Positions 26,729 through 37,935 of a DNA stretch of 64,000 nucleotides are shown piece by piece. Both the position numbers and the translations under genes were made by a program. This DNA comes from a virus (taxonomy: Duplodnaviria; Caudoviricetes), in the IMG/VR virus record IMGVR_UViG_2924263452_000001, positions 63,363 to 127,362 of that record; one strand, written 5' to 3'. The notes beneath the pieces were generated by a model. It saw nothing but the letters and a program-made list of their open reading frames with translations. It ran no database searches and had not been told where the DNA came from. The first letter of the stretch is position 1. Each line of letters starts with the position of its first letter.

Positions 26729-28008
26729 TAGATATTTTCCTTTACAAAATCCATAATATCTTTTTCCTTATATGTCACACTTACATTTTCATCCGTAAGT
26801 CCAAATTCTTCTTTTCTAGCAAAATATGAAGGACGTAAAAACAGCTTTTTCTTCTCTTCTTTTATCCCCTCATTGTTTTTAATAATAGCAGAATCAATAA
26901 ATGTGTTTAAAGCATCAATCGAATCTTTGGCTGGAATACGAAAATCCACATCATATGCATCTCTTCTTTGACCAAATGTAACATACATTAATATAGGTTC
27001 TGATTCTGAAAAGTATGAATTTCGTCCTCCTGTTGGATGTGACCAATAGATAGCTTCCATGTAAATGCCGATAATTAAACGTGCTATTTCTCTCGCTTCT
27101 TCTCTTGTTTCTATTCCATTGTATCTCATTTCATTTTCGATCATCTGATTTATGTCAATACAGTATTCTTCCAGTAAAAGTGGTGAACTAATATCTATAT
27201 CAAATAAGTTTGCTGCACCAGGATTCTTATACGGATCGTATTTGTTTCCAAAAACAGTTTCTCTTCTTGACTGATAACTAGAATTGTATGCCTCTTCAAT
27301 TACACTAAAAGCACAAGCAACGGAAACAGAGCTATTAATTGTTTTAATGAAGCATGTGCTCATTCTTCCAAGTAAACAAAGTAAATGTCCGCAGCTATGT
27401 AATTTCCCAATTCTTAAAATAACTTCGTTTTTAAATTTAGTCTGAAGCTCTTTATCCGAAAAATCATCTACCGTTTTGAAAAATTCAATAAATGTATCTG
27501 CAATACATTTAATCTCATTTACAGAATATTTATTACTTTCTTTTGTTGTAATTGAAATACTTTCACTGCTTGATTTTTTTGGTTTCTTGTTACATTTACT
27601 ATCACTCTTATCATTTCCATCTTTAAAAATATTTTTCAAAATCAATAAAATTCTATCTTCCTCATCATCACTTAACTCTACACCAGTTTCCTTTTTGAAA
27701 TAACCTCTAAGATATTCGGCTAAAATAAGTTCACCAATTCTTCTTGTATCTCTTCCAATATCTAATCCCTTATATAGCTGCTTAATATATTCTTTCTGTC
27801 CATTCTTGATCGCCGCACTACTGCAAAACGTTCTGTCAACTCCATTGTAAGTAATAGTTTTAATATTACCAACGCCATCGCAATTTAAACGGGCAGCTTT
27901 GTATGATCTTAATACATGTACATTGATAATATTATTTTCATTGTCATTCATTCTTCTTTCAATAATTTCTTTAATGCATTCAATTTCTGTCATTTTTCTT
28001 TCCTCCAC
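26728..28008 (-). CDS. cas7: Cas7e/Cse4 (divergent)
   Basis: HVLRSY...LNCDGVGNIKT..Y.G..R...SS..IK, LLGRM, PTGGRNSY. Confidence 0.85.
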   Translation of the reverse strand: MEERKMTEIECIKEIIERRMNDNENNIINVHVLRSYKAARLNCDGVGNIKTITYNGVDRTFCSSAAIKNGQKEYIKQLYKGLDIGRDTRRIGELILAEYLRGYFKKETGVELSDDEEDRILLILKNIFKDGNDKSDSKCNKKPKKSSSESISITTKESNKYSVNEIKCIADTFIEFFKTVDDFSDKELQTKFKNEVILRIGKLHSCGHLLCLLGRMSTCFIKTINSSVSVACAFSVIEEAYNSSYQSRRETVFGNKYDPYKNPGAANLFDIDISSPLLLEEYCIDINQMIENEMRYNGIETREEAREIARLIIGIYMEAIYWSHPTGGRNSYFSESEPILMYVTFGQRRDAYDVDFRIPAKDSIDALNTFIDSAIIKNNEGIKEEKKKLFLRPSYFARKEEFGLTDENVSVTYKEKDIMDFVKENI

Positions 28009-28477
28009 TTGATAAATATTTTATTAATTTTTTCCCTGAATATTCCCAATTGCAAGCAAGCATATATAAATCATACATGTCACAACCATTTTCTTTTGAT
28101 AATGATTTTATTAACCTCTGACATATCCTCTTTGCTGTATGATTAAATTCCTTCTGTGTTACAAATGTTTCTATATTGCTTTTTGCTGATCCTGAAATTT
28201 CTGATGAATAGTAGTTTCTTTTTAATATATCACCTATTTTACTTGCCCCTGCTCCAATTGGATCTCTCATATTTAAAGCTAAAGAAACTACAAAAAGCAA
28301 ATTTCCATCAAACTTCTTGATTTCAGGAAAACTTGTATAATACGCAAGCAACTGTTCTCCACTAAGCTCATCTTCCGAATCTACATTTATTGCTTTTTTC
28401 AAATCTCTTCTTCTTTTAGAATTTTCTCTTTTAGTAAGAAGATTAAGTCCTTTATAAAACTCTTCTCTGCTTAACAT
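27980..28477 (-). CDS. cas11: putative internally initiated Cas11/Cse2 (165 aa)
   Basis: in-frame ATG (codon 551) with GGGGAG 5 nt upstream; R.DLKK and RL...L......D...L...W Cse2-like patterns. Confidence 0.6.
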   Translation of the reverse strand: MLSREEFYKGLNLLTKRENSKRRRDLKKAINVDSEDELSGEQLLAYYTSFPEIKKFDGNLLFVVSLALNMRDPIGAGASKIGDILKRNYYSSEISGSAKSNIETFVTQKEFNHTAKRICQRLIKSLSKENGCDMYDLYMLACNWEYSGKKLIKYLSSGGKKNDRN

Positions 28478-30127
28478 ATACACTCCCCGCACATTGTAAA
28501 CCGTATTATCCGGAATATCATTTGCACCATATTCTTTATATAAATATGCGAAAAATTTATTCTTTCTTCGTTCACATTCGATTCCTATAAACCTATCGCC
28601 ATACTTTTTAAATATTTTTATGGCTTCGGTTGTTACCCATTTAATCGCATTGTCTTTGTCGCCACTATTTATAATATCCATTAAGTTCTTATTTATAAAA
28701 AGTGCAGTTTCACATTGATACATGAAATTGTTTAATGCTGACTCTGCGATAACTGATCCTTTTGCTTTTCGGTTCTCTCCAAAACGTCTAATAGTGTCTA
28801 TATCTTTAATTGCTTTGTAAATCTCTTTTGCAATCGCTGCTATGTCATCACAAACTAATCGCAATAGTTTTACATTTACATTTTTATTTATTTGATACTC
28901 CAAGTTAATCATTTCTCTAACCTGACTGGTGTTTATTATATCAAACCCAACCAACTTAATAGAAAAATCGTCTGGGAGAAATTCGATATTATCTCTAGCA
29001 CTATTTAATCCGCTTATACCCATACCAGAAGCGATAGAGTTTCCTGATGACGGTATAAGAGCGTACATTTTCAAAAATGGCTTGTTATCTATTCCAGATC
29101 CTTCTAAGTCAATACAATTGCAAGCTTTCAGTTGCTTCCCATTCACTTTATAAACATTTGGATCGCGAACCTTCCATATTTTTGAGATCTTTTCTCTTTG
29201 TCCCGCATTTATTGATGGTTTTTTAAAATAAATGCTTCTTATAACCCCATTTTCATAGTCAACATTTCCGTATCTTATAAAATTATACGGTGTCATATAA
29301 CAATTCATAAATTTTATTTCGTGCAAGCCATTCTTATCATTTTTGTCGCGGTCAATTTCTGAATATATTTTCAGCATATCCGAATACTGTTTTCTTCTAT
29401 AAAATGGTACTCCTGAATAGTCAATATCCTTCGACGAAATATTTAGAAGTAATGTTTCAAAAACATTATTCGCTTTTATAATGCCAATCATAACAGTATT
29501 ACCTAATAATGTAGAAGCCCATCCAAGTCCATTCGCTCCAGAATAAAACATTCTGAGACACAATATATACAAATATTCTTGGAATGTCACACTTGCAAAT
29601 TTTATATAACTGTTTTCCTTTGAATACACAAAGCCGTTTCGTGTGGTATCTTCCTTGTAATAATTTTCATATGCTTCTACATCCATATACCCGTAAAACA
29701 TATCATTTGTTTCTTTTTTACAGGTTGGAACAATAAAACCAATTGGTCTTTCTTTTGCTTCAATTTCTCCGGCTGCATACTGTGCGAATGCTTTTTTCTC
29801 ACCAAGCAGCTCAAATGACGTTCCTTCTTTTCTGCAGTTGTCAAAATATTCTCTAATAATATCCATATCAAATCTGCCTTTTTTAAGAAGATCATATATA
29901 TCACTTTTTCTTTCAGTTGATCGCGGTTTATAGATGTCACACAAGAACAAATCTAACAATCGAATAATTCCAACTGCAGTCATATCAACTCCCAGAACTG
30001 GCAATATTTCTTTGTATTCATGAGCATTTTCAAAAAGTTCAAGAACAGATACATTTATATCATTTCCACTCTTATCTTTAACTCTGATGCATTTACTTTC
30101 TAAAATATCGTATGTTGTATTCATCAA
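27980..30127 (-). CDS. cas8e: Cas8e/Cse1 fused in frame to Cas11/Cse2
   Basis: Cse1 N-terminus YDILE..I.V...G....VS..ELF..A, IIRLL, FELL....FAQ; C-terminal 165 aa Cse2-like. Confidence 0.8.
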   Translation of the reverse strand: MMNTTYDILESKCIRVKDKSGNDINVSVLELFENAHEYKEILPVLGVDMTAVGIIRLLDLFLCDIYKPRSTERKSDIYDLLKKGRFDMDIIREYFDNCRKEGTSFELLGEKKAFAQYAAGEIEAKERPIGFIVPTCKKETNDMFYGYMDVEAYENYYKEDTTRNGFVYSKENSYIKFASVTFQEYLYILCLRMFYSGANGLGWASTLLGNTVMIGIIKANNVFETLLLNISSKDIDYSGVPFYRRKQYSDMLKIYSEIDRDKNDKNGLHEIKFMNCYMTPYNFIRYGNVDYENGVIRSIYFKKPSINAGQREKISKIWKVRDPNVYKVNGKQLKACNCIDLEGSGIDNKPFLKMYALIPSSGNSIASGMGISGLNSARDNIEFLPDDFSIKLVGFDIINTSQVREMINLEYQINKNVNVKLLRLVCDDIAAIAKEIYKAIKDIDTIRRFGENRKAKGSVIAESALNNFMYQCETALFINKNLMDIINSGDKDNAIKWVTTEAIKIFKKYGDRFIGIECERRKNKFFAYLYKEYGANDIPDNTVYNVRGVYMLSREEFYKGLNLLTKRENSKRRRDLKKAINVDSEDELSGEQLLAYYTSFPEIKKFDGNLLFVVSLALNMRDPIGAGASKIGDILKRNYYSSEISGSAKSNIETFVTQKEFNHTAKRICQRLIKSLSKENGCDMYDLYMLACNWEYSGKKLIKYLSSGGKKNDRN

Positions 30128-30145
30128 TTTCCTTTCTATTATATT

Positions 30146-33046
30146 TTATATTTTCCCTATAGTTAAAATTCCTTCGTCTAACAACTGATTTATATATTGC
30201 AAAAGTGTTTCCTGAGTTTCCAAATCTTTTTCTGTTTCAATTTCTTGATAATCGAAAAACTTTTTAAAATTGTTTTTACCCATACCGCCCCAACAAGTAC
30301 AATAACAATGAACTTCGTGGCGATAATACGGCTTATCATAAATTCCAATCCATACAGAATTGTCAGTACAATACTTTCTATCTGCATCTGTTCCAATGCT
30401 TTTTGAAATACACCAGGCATTTATCACATCATTTCGCCAGAACAACGGCTCTTTGATTTTAGAGCAATCATTTACAATCAGTTTATTTATGTCTGAAGGT
30501 TTCAAGTTATATTTATTCTCGACTTTTGGTTTTCTCATATTGCAGCCTCCTAGAATGATAACCACGAATCTTCATCGTTTGGATCAATATAAGAACTAGA
30601 TAACATATGTATTTCACCACAACATTTACACACCACTTCATGTCTTTCCCTGTCATTGATAATATCACAATATTTTACATTCATAGGTAAGTGGCAATAA
30701 TACCCAACTGCATTCTTAGTGTGACCACAAGGGGCTTTAGGTCTTTTCCCAAACAGTTTGAATAATAACCATTGGAATTTTGCATATCTGCGTTCATCCA
30801 ATTGAATTTTCCAAAGTAAAAATCTCATTCATATCATCCTTTTTTGCTATGTATTTTTAGGTCACGACATCCAAGCAGAGACAACTTTCAAATCTTCTTT
30901 CTTTACAAGATCTTCCGAAATAACTAAATCATTTTCATTCATTTCGTATATTTCCTTGCATTGTTTCTCAATTCTGTCTCTATCCCTAGGTGTAAATAAC
31001 CCGCCGCGTCTTATTTTTATCTCGTTACATTTGGCTTCTATTGCATCTTCAATAGGGACACCATTCATACGCATTTCGATAATACCATTACTGCCACAAG
31101 GCAAATAGAAATGTTTCTGGCACTTTGTACAAGACTCTTTATAATACGTGTAATTTTCGTGTCCTTTAATCTGAAAAGCACATCCAGAACTAATCCATCT
31201 TTCACTACGTTTCTTACAAAGCGGGCAAAATAATATGTTATTAATTGGAAACATCCTGTTCTTTCCTCCTTGTACCATAATCAAAAGCTCCAATATCTTC
31301 TGTGTCTACACATTTTACAAAGTCCTCTATACAAGCATCCATATCTTCGAAATACATACTGGTCAACGAATGCGTGAATATTCCAGGAGCACGTTCTTCT
31401 ATGGTTTCACAATCTTCTTTAGCATATCCCCCACCAACCAAAACAAAAACTGTTTTATAGTCTTTCTTATGTTCATCCCAGAATTTCTTTATTGCTTCGA
31501 GAAGTTTTACTCTTTCAAGAATTTTACTGTTTTCAATAACATCTTCTATAACGCCTTTCTCTGGTGTAACTTCAGAACATGCTCCATATTTTTTATATCT
31601 TGCAGCATACTCTTCGCTAATTGGCGCATATAAGCCTTCTGGGATTTTTTCATTGTATGCGATTTTTAAGTTAGTTCTTAATCCCGGCAAATCATTTCCT
31701 TCAAGCAAAATATCATAACCATGTTCCTGATCCACTTTTATCCTTGCTAATTGGTTGTAAGGAACGATAGTATCTGGATCAATTGCAACTCTTTTGAGTC
31801 CCAAATATGCTGACTCAACACCACAACCATACGATCTATAATCATTATACTCTATGTAATATTTCCAAGTATTTTTTGGACAATATGCTGCCTTTGCTAC
31901 CACAACATAACCAACAGCAATCTCATTTGTGCCGATTATTCGCGCCATATATGTAAATGGTTCTTGTGCATTTGTGGAATCAAAATTATAATGTGGAGTT
32001 CCTACTCGCATCATTTTATTTCTTTCTCCTGTACATATTTCGCAAAATCAACAAGCTGCTTTCTTTTACTTTCAGCATCACTGTCATTCGTATAAACATA
32101 TCCAAGTGTTATTTCAATTGTCTTACATACTCCAATGATGCATCTTAAATTTTCGTCTTTCCCTGAATATTCATATTTTATTCCGGACGCAGCAAGGTCA
32201 ACAACTGAAAGCACCCAGTCTATAACTGTTGTATCTTTTCCTGCCAGCTTATCAAAAAATCGCTTGTACTTTATAAACACGTATTTACAGGCATATCCAA
32301 GTGACTTGAATATTGCGTCACATATTCCAATGATTTCCATAAAAGCTTTATCCTTGTCACTTGAAGTTCCTGATCCGCATGATGATCTTGCAATTTCCAA
32401 TATGCTATCAGCCCAGTCAATTACAATATTCCCACTCATGTTATACCTTTCTTACCTGAATAAACTTGCCTGTTTTTCAAGCATATGTGCGAAAATTCCG
32501 CCTATGGCTTTATTTACTGCACTGTAAATATCTCTCTGTGTTGCCTCTTTATTGGCTTTACACGCTTTACTACAATATTTTAATCTCCGGCAGAGTTTAC
32601 AATTTCCATCGGAAAGCCAGCGTTCATTGTCAATTGATTTCGTCATAACATCTTTCCTCTTCGTCGTTATCACTGTCAGCAGAAAAAATAATCTCTTTGA
32701 TTTCATCAGCCTTTTCCTCTGGCAGATATTCTGAAAGTGGGAATAACTTGTCAATTTCTTCAAATACAAAACCAAGTGTTCCAATAGCTCCTATAGCCTG
32801 ATGAAATTTCGGAATCTCATCAAGAATTTCTTCTGACACAATCTCAGTACAAGCCTGAGCTTTTTCCATAAGGACAAAAAATTCATTTGTCAAAATCTCG
32901 ACAAACTTTTTCATATTTTCGGAATCTTTGTTTTCCGGATTAACTGTCGCAGCCTGAGTTGCTTTCACAGGTCTTTTTCTGTAATGCCCGTTTCTATTTC
33001 TTCTCTGGTGGCTTCTATTTCCATTGAATTTCTCATTGTTATTCAT
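30146..33046 (-). other. run of hypothetical phage ORFs (30146-30565, 30550-30828, 30862-31293, 31241-32014, 32011-32439, 32452-c.32650, 32630-33046)
   Basis: tightly packed co-oriented ORFs, several with CxxC pairs. Confidence 0.6.
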
Positions 33047-33464
33047 ATTCTAATCGCCCTTTCGTATTATCATATCTTTCATGCTTTACAATTCTTAATG
33101 CTTCTGCAGAATCGGAGTCTGGATCAATGTCGTCCAGACTCGTTTCTTCTTCCTCTGCAATTTGTTCAACTACAGATTTAATATCTTTTGGATATTTTGT
33201 GCTTAATACCCTGTTTAGTGTGACAACTATAATGTCAGCTTTTTCGTATAATGATTTGCTTTGACCTTTAAGCATTACTGCTTTTCTCAGATAAATCGAA
33301 TCATCATAATCCCAGTCCATCGACATACGATCCTGGAACTTTACATATATATCGCTGTCTGTATCTACACTGGCAGCAGATATGGCTGTAAATACAAGAA
33401 GCACAACAATTATAACTGAAATTACTGCACACACTTTTCTCGTTGCACGCTTACTATAATTCAT
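33039..33464 (-). CDS. membrane-anchored SleB/Hydrolase_2-like protein (degenerate)
   Basis: TM then VTLNRVLS.KYPKDI.SVVEQ; catalytic Glu region not evident. Confidence 0.5.
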   Translation of the reverse strand: MNYSKRATRKVCAVISVIIVVLLVFTAISAASVDTDSDIYVKFQDRMSMDWDYDDSIYLRKAVMLKGQSKSLYEKADIIVVTLNRVLSTKYPKDIKSVVEQIAEEEETSLDDIDPDSDSAEALRIVKHERYDNTKGRLEYE

Positions 33465-33879
33465 CTTATTCTCCTGTACTTATCCTTTTGTAGTAATACA
33501 GCTAAGTAAATCCACTCCTGAAAACTTCAAAACAACTTGTTACTTTCATATCTTTACCCATTATTTATTTCTATTAACTTCATTTGCTTTTCAGGTGTCT
33601 TTCTTAGAATTATGTTTTCTAATACAGACACCGAATGAAGATAATATTCCTTATTTAGTTTCGTTGCTTATAACCTGAAAATTCTCATGAAATATATCCA
33701 AATCTGTCTGGAATCCATATTTATCTTCATCAATTATATACACATCTTCGCCCTTAAACATGCATCTATATGTATGCCCCTTGATGAAATTGCTAAATCT
33801 GCCATCTTCCATAAGAACTTTTATATCGTCTTTTGCTTTTACTATTGCCATTGTACTTTTCAATAGTCTACACTCCAAG

Positions 33880-34602
33880 TCATAAAATGTTCACATCATT
33901 ATAATACTGTTCCATGTTTTCATCTTCAAGACCACAATATCTCAATGTAACTTTTGGAGTTGCATGATTAAACATTTCTTGAAGGTGACACAAAAACATT
34001 GCATCATCCTGATGTGCCTTTAGCTGCCAATAGCCAAATGTCTTTCTCAATGAATGCGTTCCTACGTTAAAAGTAATTCCTACTTCCTTCGCTGCTTTTT
34101 TCAAAATATTGCCAGCCGGACGAACCTCAAGGTGTCCATTTCCTTTTCTACTTTTGAAAATGTATTCATCCCTTCCATGTATTTCCCCGTTTCTTATATA
34201 CTGTTTAAAGTATTTAAGAATAGCTTTTTTGCAAGACTCATTCAGATAGAATGTACGCCACTTGCCAGTTTTTTCTTCTTTTATTCTGATTGCGTTTGCA
34301 ACTTCTGAATAATTATCCGGGAAAACCTGTCCCCATGTAAGTTTCAGGAGATCCCCTGCTCTAAGACCAACATTTACACCAACAACAAATAAGAGATCAT
34401 TACGCCACATCTTTTTCTCAACGAAATAATTGTGCATTTTCTGAAGATCTTCTTCGGTTTTGAACGGATAAACTCTCTGTTCTTCGCCCTCTTTGTAGTT
34501 ACCTTTTTTCTTTGGCTGTTCCTCAACATGCTTTACAGTAAAATTTATGATCTTTTTATTTTCTTCTTTTAATGCGGATGTTCCGTTGATATATGTTATC
34601 AT
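33880..34602 (-). CDS. short tyrosine recombinase (catalytic domain only)
   Basis: GLRAGDLL, EEKTGK, HSLRKTF, FNHA, TLRY; 240 aa. Confidence 0.92.
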   Translation of the reverse strand: MITYINGTSALKEENKKIINFTVKHVEEQPKKKGNYKEGEEQRVYPFKTEEDLQKMHNYFVEKKMWRNDLLFVVGVNVGLRAGDLLKLTWGQVFPDNYSEVANAIRIKEEKTGKWRTFYLNESCKKAILKYFKQYIRNGEIHGRDEYIFKSRKGNGHLEVRPAGNILKKAAKEVGITFNVGTHSLRKTFGYWQLKAHQDDAMFLCHLQEMFNHATPKVTLRYCGLEDENMEQYYNDVNIL

Positions 34603-34628
34603 AATGCTCCCTCCTTTATTGTTGTTTT

Positions 34629-35042
34629 TTATTCAATGCTCTTTTTCAGTGTTCCAATCCACTTCTGTTTGTTATAATCTGATGTATCTGAAAGTGCCAC
34701 ATAATTCATTAACTTATCAATATGCTGAATTGTATTGTTTACAGCCAACATGAAGATTTTCTGTTCGTTGCAACTTTCCAGTGTTAAATATGACTCATCC
34801 TGGCACTCTGAATAATCAAGCCCAAATTCGCCACCACTGATAATTGTCTGTCCCATGAAAGTAATGCTCCATGCTTCACGCTTCATTCCATCTGTTTTAT
34901 AATGAAACTCAAACATCTCTGAGTCTTCATTGCTATGATGGTGGGTTTCTGTAGGATCAAACTTTTCATTGAGCTTGTCAATGATTCTCCCTACCATTTC
35001 CATATCTGGATTAATAAATTCTTTTCTTGAAATACTATACAT
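34629..35042 (-). CDS. hypothetical protein
   Basis: 137-aa ORF with RBS and upstream promoter. Confidence 0.55.
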   Translation of the reverse strand: MYSISRKEFINPDMEMVGRIIDKLNEKFDPTETHHHSNEDSEMFEFHYKTDGMKREAWSITFMGQTIISGGEFGLDYSECQDESYLTLESCNEQKIFMLAVNNTIQHIDKLMNYVALSDTSDYNKQKWIGTLKKSIE

Positions 35043-35109
35043 TTTTTACCCTCCTATTGTTTGATTTCCTTGTAATTATATTACCATATTCCTCCGGCAA
35101 TTTCAAGTG

Positions 35110-35703
35110 TTATTTACATTTATTTTGTTTATCTTTCATCAATTCTATCTGCATTTCCCTATAATAAGGTACTGTCATTAGTTCCCGGCGAATTTCATCA
35201 TACATCTTATGCAGCTTCGGATTTACCCATTTCATCCACTCTTTACGATCATCCATAACCATAAGCTTTCTAACCTGTGTGGCAGAAATAGGGATTCTTC
35301 CACGATTTACAATAAGCTGCGACATATCAACCACATCTTCTCTTGCGAACCAGTGGTTTCGCTCTTCATCATCTCCGGTAATCATCAACTCTGGAACTTT
35401 GTAGATATATCTGTCTACATTCTCCAGAAGATACTTGCCCCACTCCGGACGAATATCATTCTCATCTGTCAGATCAGACAGTGCATAAATCATGATTTCC
35501 GGCGAATCTCTGTATATCTCTTTCAGCATCTTCGTTCTGGTGTTGATATTAAGCGGATTTCTTTCTGTCCCGCATTCTTGTGATGATCCTATTAGAATTA
35601 AGATCCTGTCGCAAAGTTGTGTCCCCATATTTATGAGCGATTCATGACCTATATGATAAGTCTGGAATCGCCCACAAATTAAACCTACATCATAAGGCTT
35701 CAT
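35110..35703 (-). CDS. nicotinamide-nucleotide adenylyltransferase (NadM-like)
   Basis: GRFQ..HIGH, IGSSQ, RNP, ISATQVR. Confidence 0.85.
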   Translation of the reverse strand: MKPYDVGLICGRFQTYHIGHESLINMGTQLCDRILILIGSSQECGTERNPLNINTRTKMLKEIYRDSPEIMIYALSDLTDENDIRPEWGKYLLENVDRYIYKVPELMITGDDEERNHWFAREDVVDMSQLIVNRGRIPISATQVRKLMVMDDRKEWMKWVNPKLHKMYDEIRRELMTVPYYREMQIELMKDKQNKCK

Positions 35704-35733
35704 TGTTCTGTTCCTCCTAAAATTCTTGTTTTG

Positions 35734-35886
35734 TCAAAGTCCAAAAATCAATAATACAAACGCTACTGCTAACATCACGAATGACATCATGGCTAAAAAT
35801 ACTCTTGTACCAACTTTTATAGCATTCATATTCGTAAGCATATACCAACAAGTCAAACTAATTATTACACTTGAAATACTTCTCAT
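35734..35886 (-). CDS. 50-aa membrane protein (absent from ORF track)
   Basis: MRSISSVIISLTCWYML...VLLIFGL; GGAG upstream. Confidence 0.5.
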   Translation of the reverse strand: MRSISSVIISLTCWYMLTNMNAIKVGTRVFLAMMSFVMLAVAFVLLIFGL

Positions 35887-35907
35887 AGTTTTTCACATAC
35901 TCCTATT

Positions 35908-36072
35908 TTAACCCATATCTACGATAAAGCCATTTTTTTCTTCAGCAAAAAACGATTTATACGGTACATCGTAATCCGGTATGAAGCCAATCTTTTTCAT
36001 CATACTTCCGCAATACGGGCAATAATTATAATTTTCATGTTTCTTTTTGATTTCTTCACATCTTTTACACAT
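35908..36072 (-). CDS. 54-aa zinc-ribbon protein (absent from ORF track)
   Basis: MCKRC...NYCPYCG; AAGGA RBS. Confidence 0.55.
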   Translation of the reverse strand: MCKRCEEIKKKHENYNYCPYCGSMMKKIGFIPDYDVPYKSFFAEEKNGFIVDMG

Positions 36073-36086
36073 ATTTTTCCTTCAAA

Positions 36087-36438
36087 TGGAGCTGACGGGA
36101 GTTGAACCCGTGTCCGAAATACATACTAACTACACAATCTTTTTACGCAATACTCTTTCATTTGGATATTTATTTTTAAACGTCATCCTAGCGAAAATGA
36201 GACAGCTAACCGTTTCCCAGGTATATACTGGTTTCTCGTCCACCACCTATTTTTAAGAAAAACAGGAAACTTCTGCGGGAATTTCGGCTCTATATAGATT
36301 ATATCCCACAATCATCTATATAGAGTGTAGACTAGGCTACCATTCTTAATTCTTCAGCGTTTAATTTAAGTCGGTTGTTAGGCAACCACTCCTGCGAATT
36401 ATGTCCGTTCTGTACCCCGTCGATACCATTACAGCCCC
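36087..36438 (-). ncRNA. ssrA: tmRNA; tag (A)AEELRMVA; CCA not encoded
   Basis: 5' GGGGCTGTAATGGTATCGAC, 3' GGACACGGGTTCAACTCCCGTCAGCTCCA; TTAAAC-GCT resume context, tag ORF 36358-36332. Confidence 0.93.
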
Positions 36439-36446
36439 ATATTTGT

Positions 36447-37587
36447 TTAATATCTTCTATTTAAAATAAAGACTCTGCATCTCCAACTTATACTACCATT
36501 TCCAAGGAATGTCTCAAATTCTTCCACTACTTCATAGCATATCGGAATATACCCTACACCAAGCTGATCTTCGTACTCTCTTGGAATGCAAATCCATTTT
36601 CTATCTTTTGATATTGTGCAACTCTGTACTGGCATCCCATCGAAATTATTTTCGTCAACCACCAGAATGTGAAACTTATACTCGTCAAAATCCGGCGTTT
36701 TACTTTTTATACGATTTACAATTTCTTCATAATGTCTTGATAGGCTGTCCATCAATTAAAATACCTTTCTTAATATCTATTTTTGCCAGTCCCTCAAATG
36801 ATTGATATATTGGCAAGCATTCTTTTTTCGGTAATCCATTTCTGCCTTTCTCATATGCAAAATTCACAGTTGTACATTCCAGAATGTCTCCATTCAAGAA
36901 ATCCTGATTTACCCATCTTCTACGTGGAATTTTTACACTTGTAACTTCTCTTCCATCCAACATAAACTTAATTGGAAATCCAACAAGCTTAGAATCCATA
37001 TAGTATTCATATGTGCAAGTTTTCCATACACTGTTTTTGTGCATTGGACATTCTTTATTGAACTCACAGTTTTTAAGAACTTCATTGTATTTTTCCCAAC
37101 TCTGAAACTCTCTTTTTATCTGTGGAAGCACTGGATCAAAATACTTACATATCTCATGTGCATGAGATTTTCTGTAAAAGTCACCTACTACAATTTTGTT
37201 TAAAACACATTTCATAGGTCTTGGATCTGTTGGGTTCTTACGTCCCATATCCTTACAATGGCTACAGTCAGCGCAGCGGAATACAGAACCAAAATCTTCA
37301 TACTCGCAACCTCTGCAAAGTCCATCATAATAATAATCTGAAACGTATTTATCACATTTGGCTTTTCCTTCTTTGGTTGCTTCAAAGATTTCATTTTCTT
37401 TCCGGCTGTCATCGTAATACTCAAACATATCATTAGAAAATCTGGCAGCATCACAATAGCATTCAACGATATATTTCACTTCTCCGTCTTTTTCAACAAC
37501 ATCTTTTACCGTTGTTAAATGTGTTTCAAATTTCCAACCAACAGCAAAAGCGACATATACCATATCACCTACTTTAAACACTGCCAA
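36447..37587 (-). other. two hypothetical ORFs (36447-36755; 36727-37587, Cys-rich)
   Basis: co-oriented ORFs; GGAGG RBS for the longer one. Confidence 0.55.
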
Positions 37588-37593
37588 AACCTC

Positions 37594-37872
37594 CTAATAA
37601 TTAACTATTTCTCTTATTTCTTTACCTGGCGTAAAGTGTAAGACTTTTCTGCCTTTTATATAGAGATCTTCTTGTGTATTTGGATTTTTCCCCATCCTAC
37701 CTTTTCTATCTCTTGTATCAAATGTGCCAAAATTCACAATTTTTAATCCACCGTATAATTTTACAGCTCTTTTGACTTCCTCAAAAATTAAGGTTGTCCA
37801 TTCTTCTACGTCTTTCTTTGTACGTCCAGTATGATCGCTTACCATATCAACGAACTCTCTCTTGTTTATCAA
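37594..37872 (-). CDS. hup: HU/IHF-family DNA-binding protein
   Basis: NKREF, NFGTF, R.GKNPNTQE, FTPGK. Confidence 0.92.
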   Translation of the reverse strand: MINKREFVDMVSDHTGRTKKDVEEWTTLIFEEVKRAVKLYGGLKIVNFGTFDTRDRKGRMGKNPNTQEDLYIKGRKVLHFTPGKEIREIVNY

Positions 37873-37935
37873 ACAACAATCAACATCCTTTAAATATAAT
37901 AAGCCTTATTGTGTATATCTTTTATTTTTGCTATC

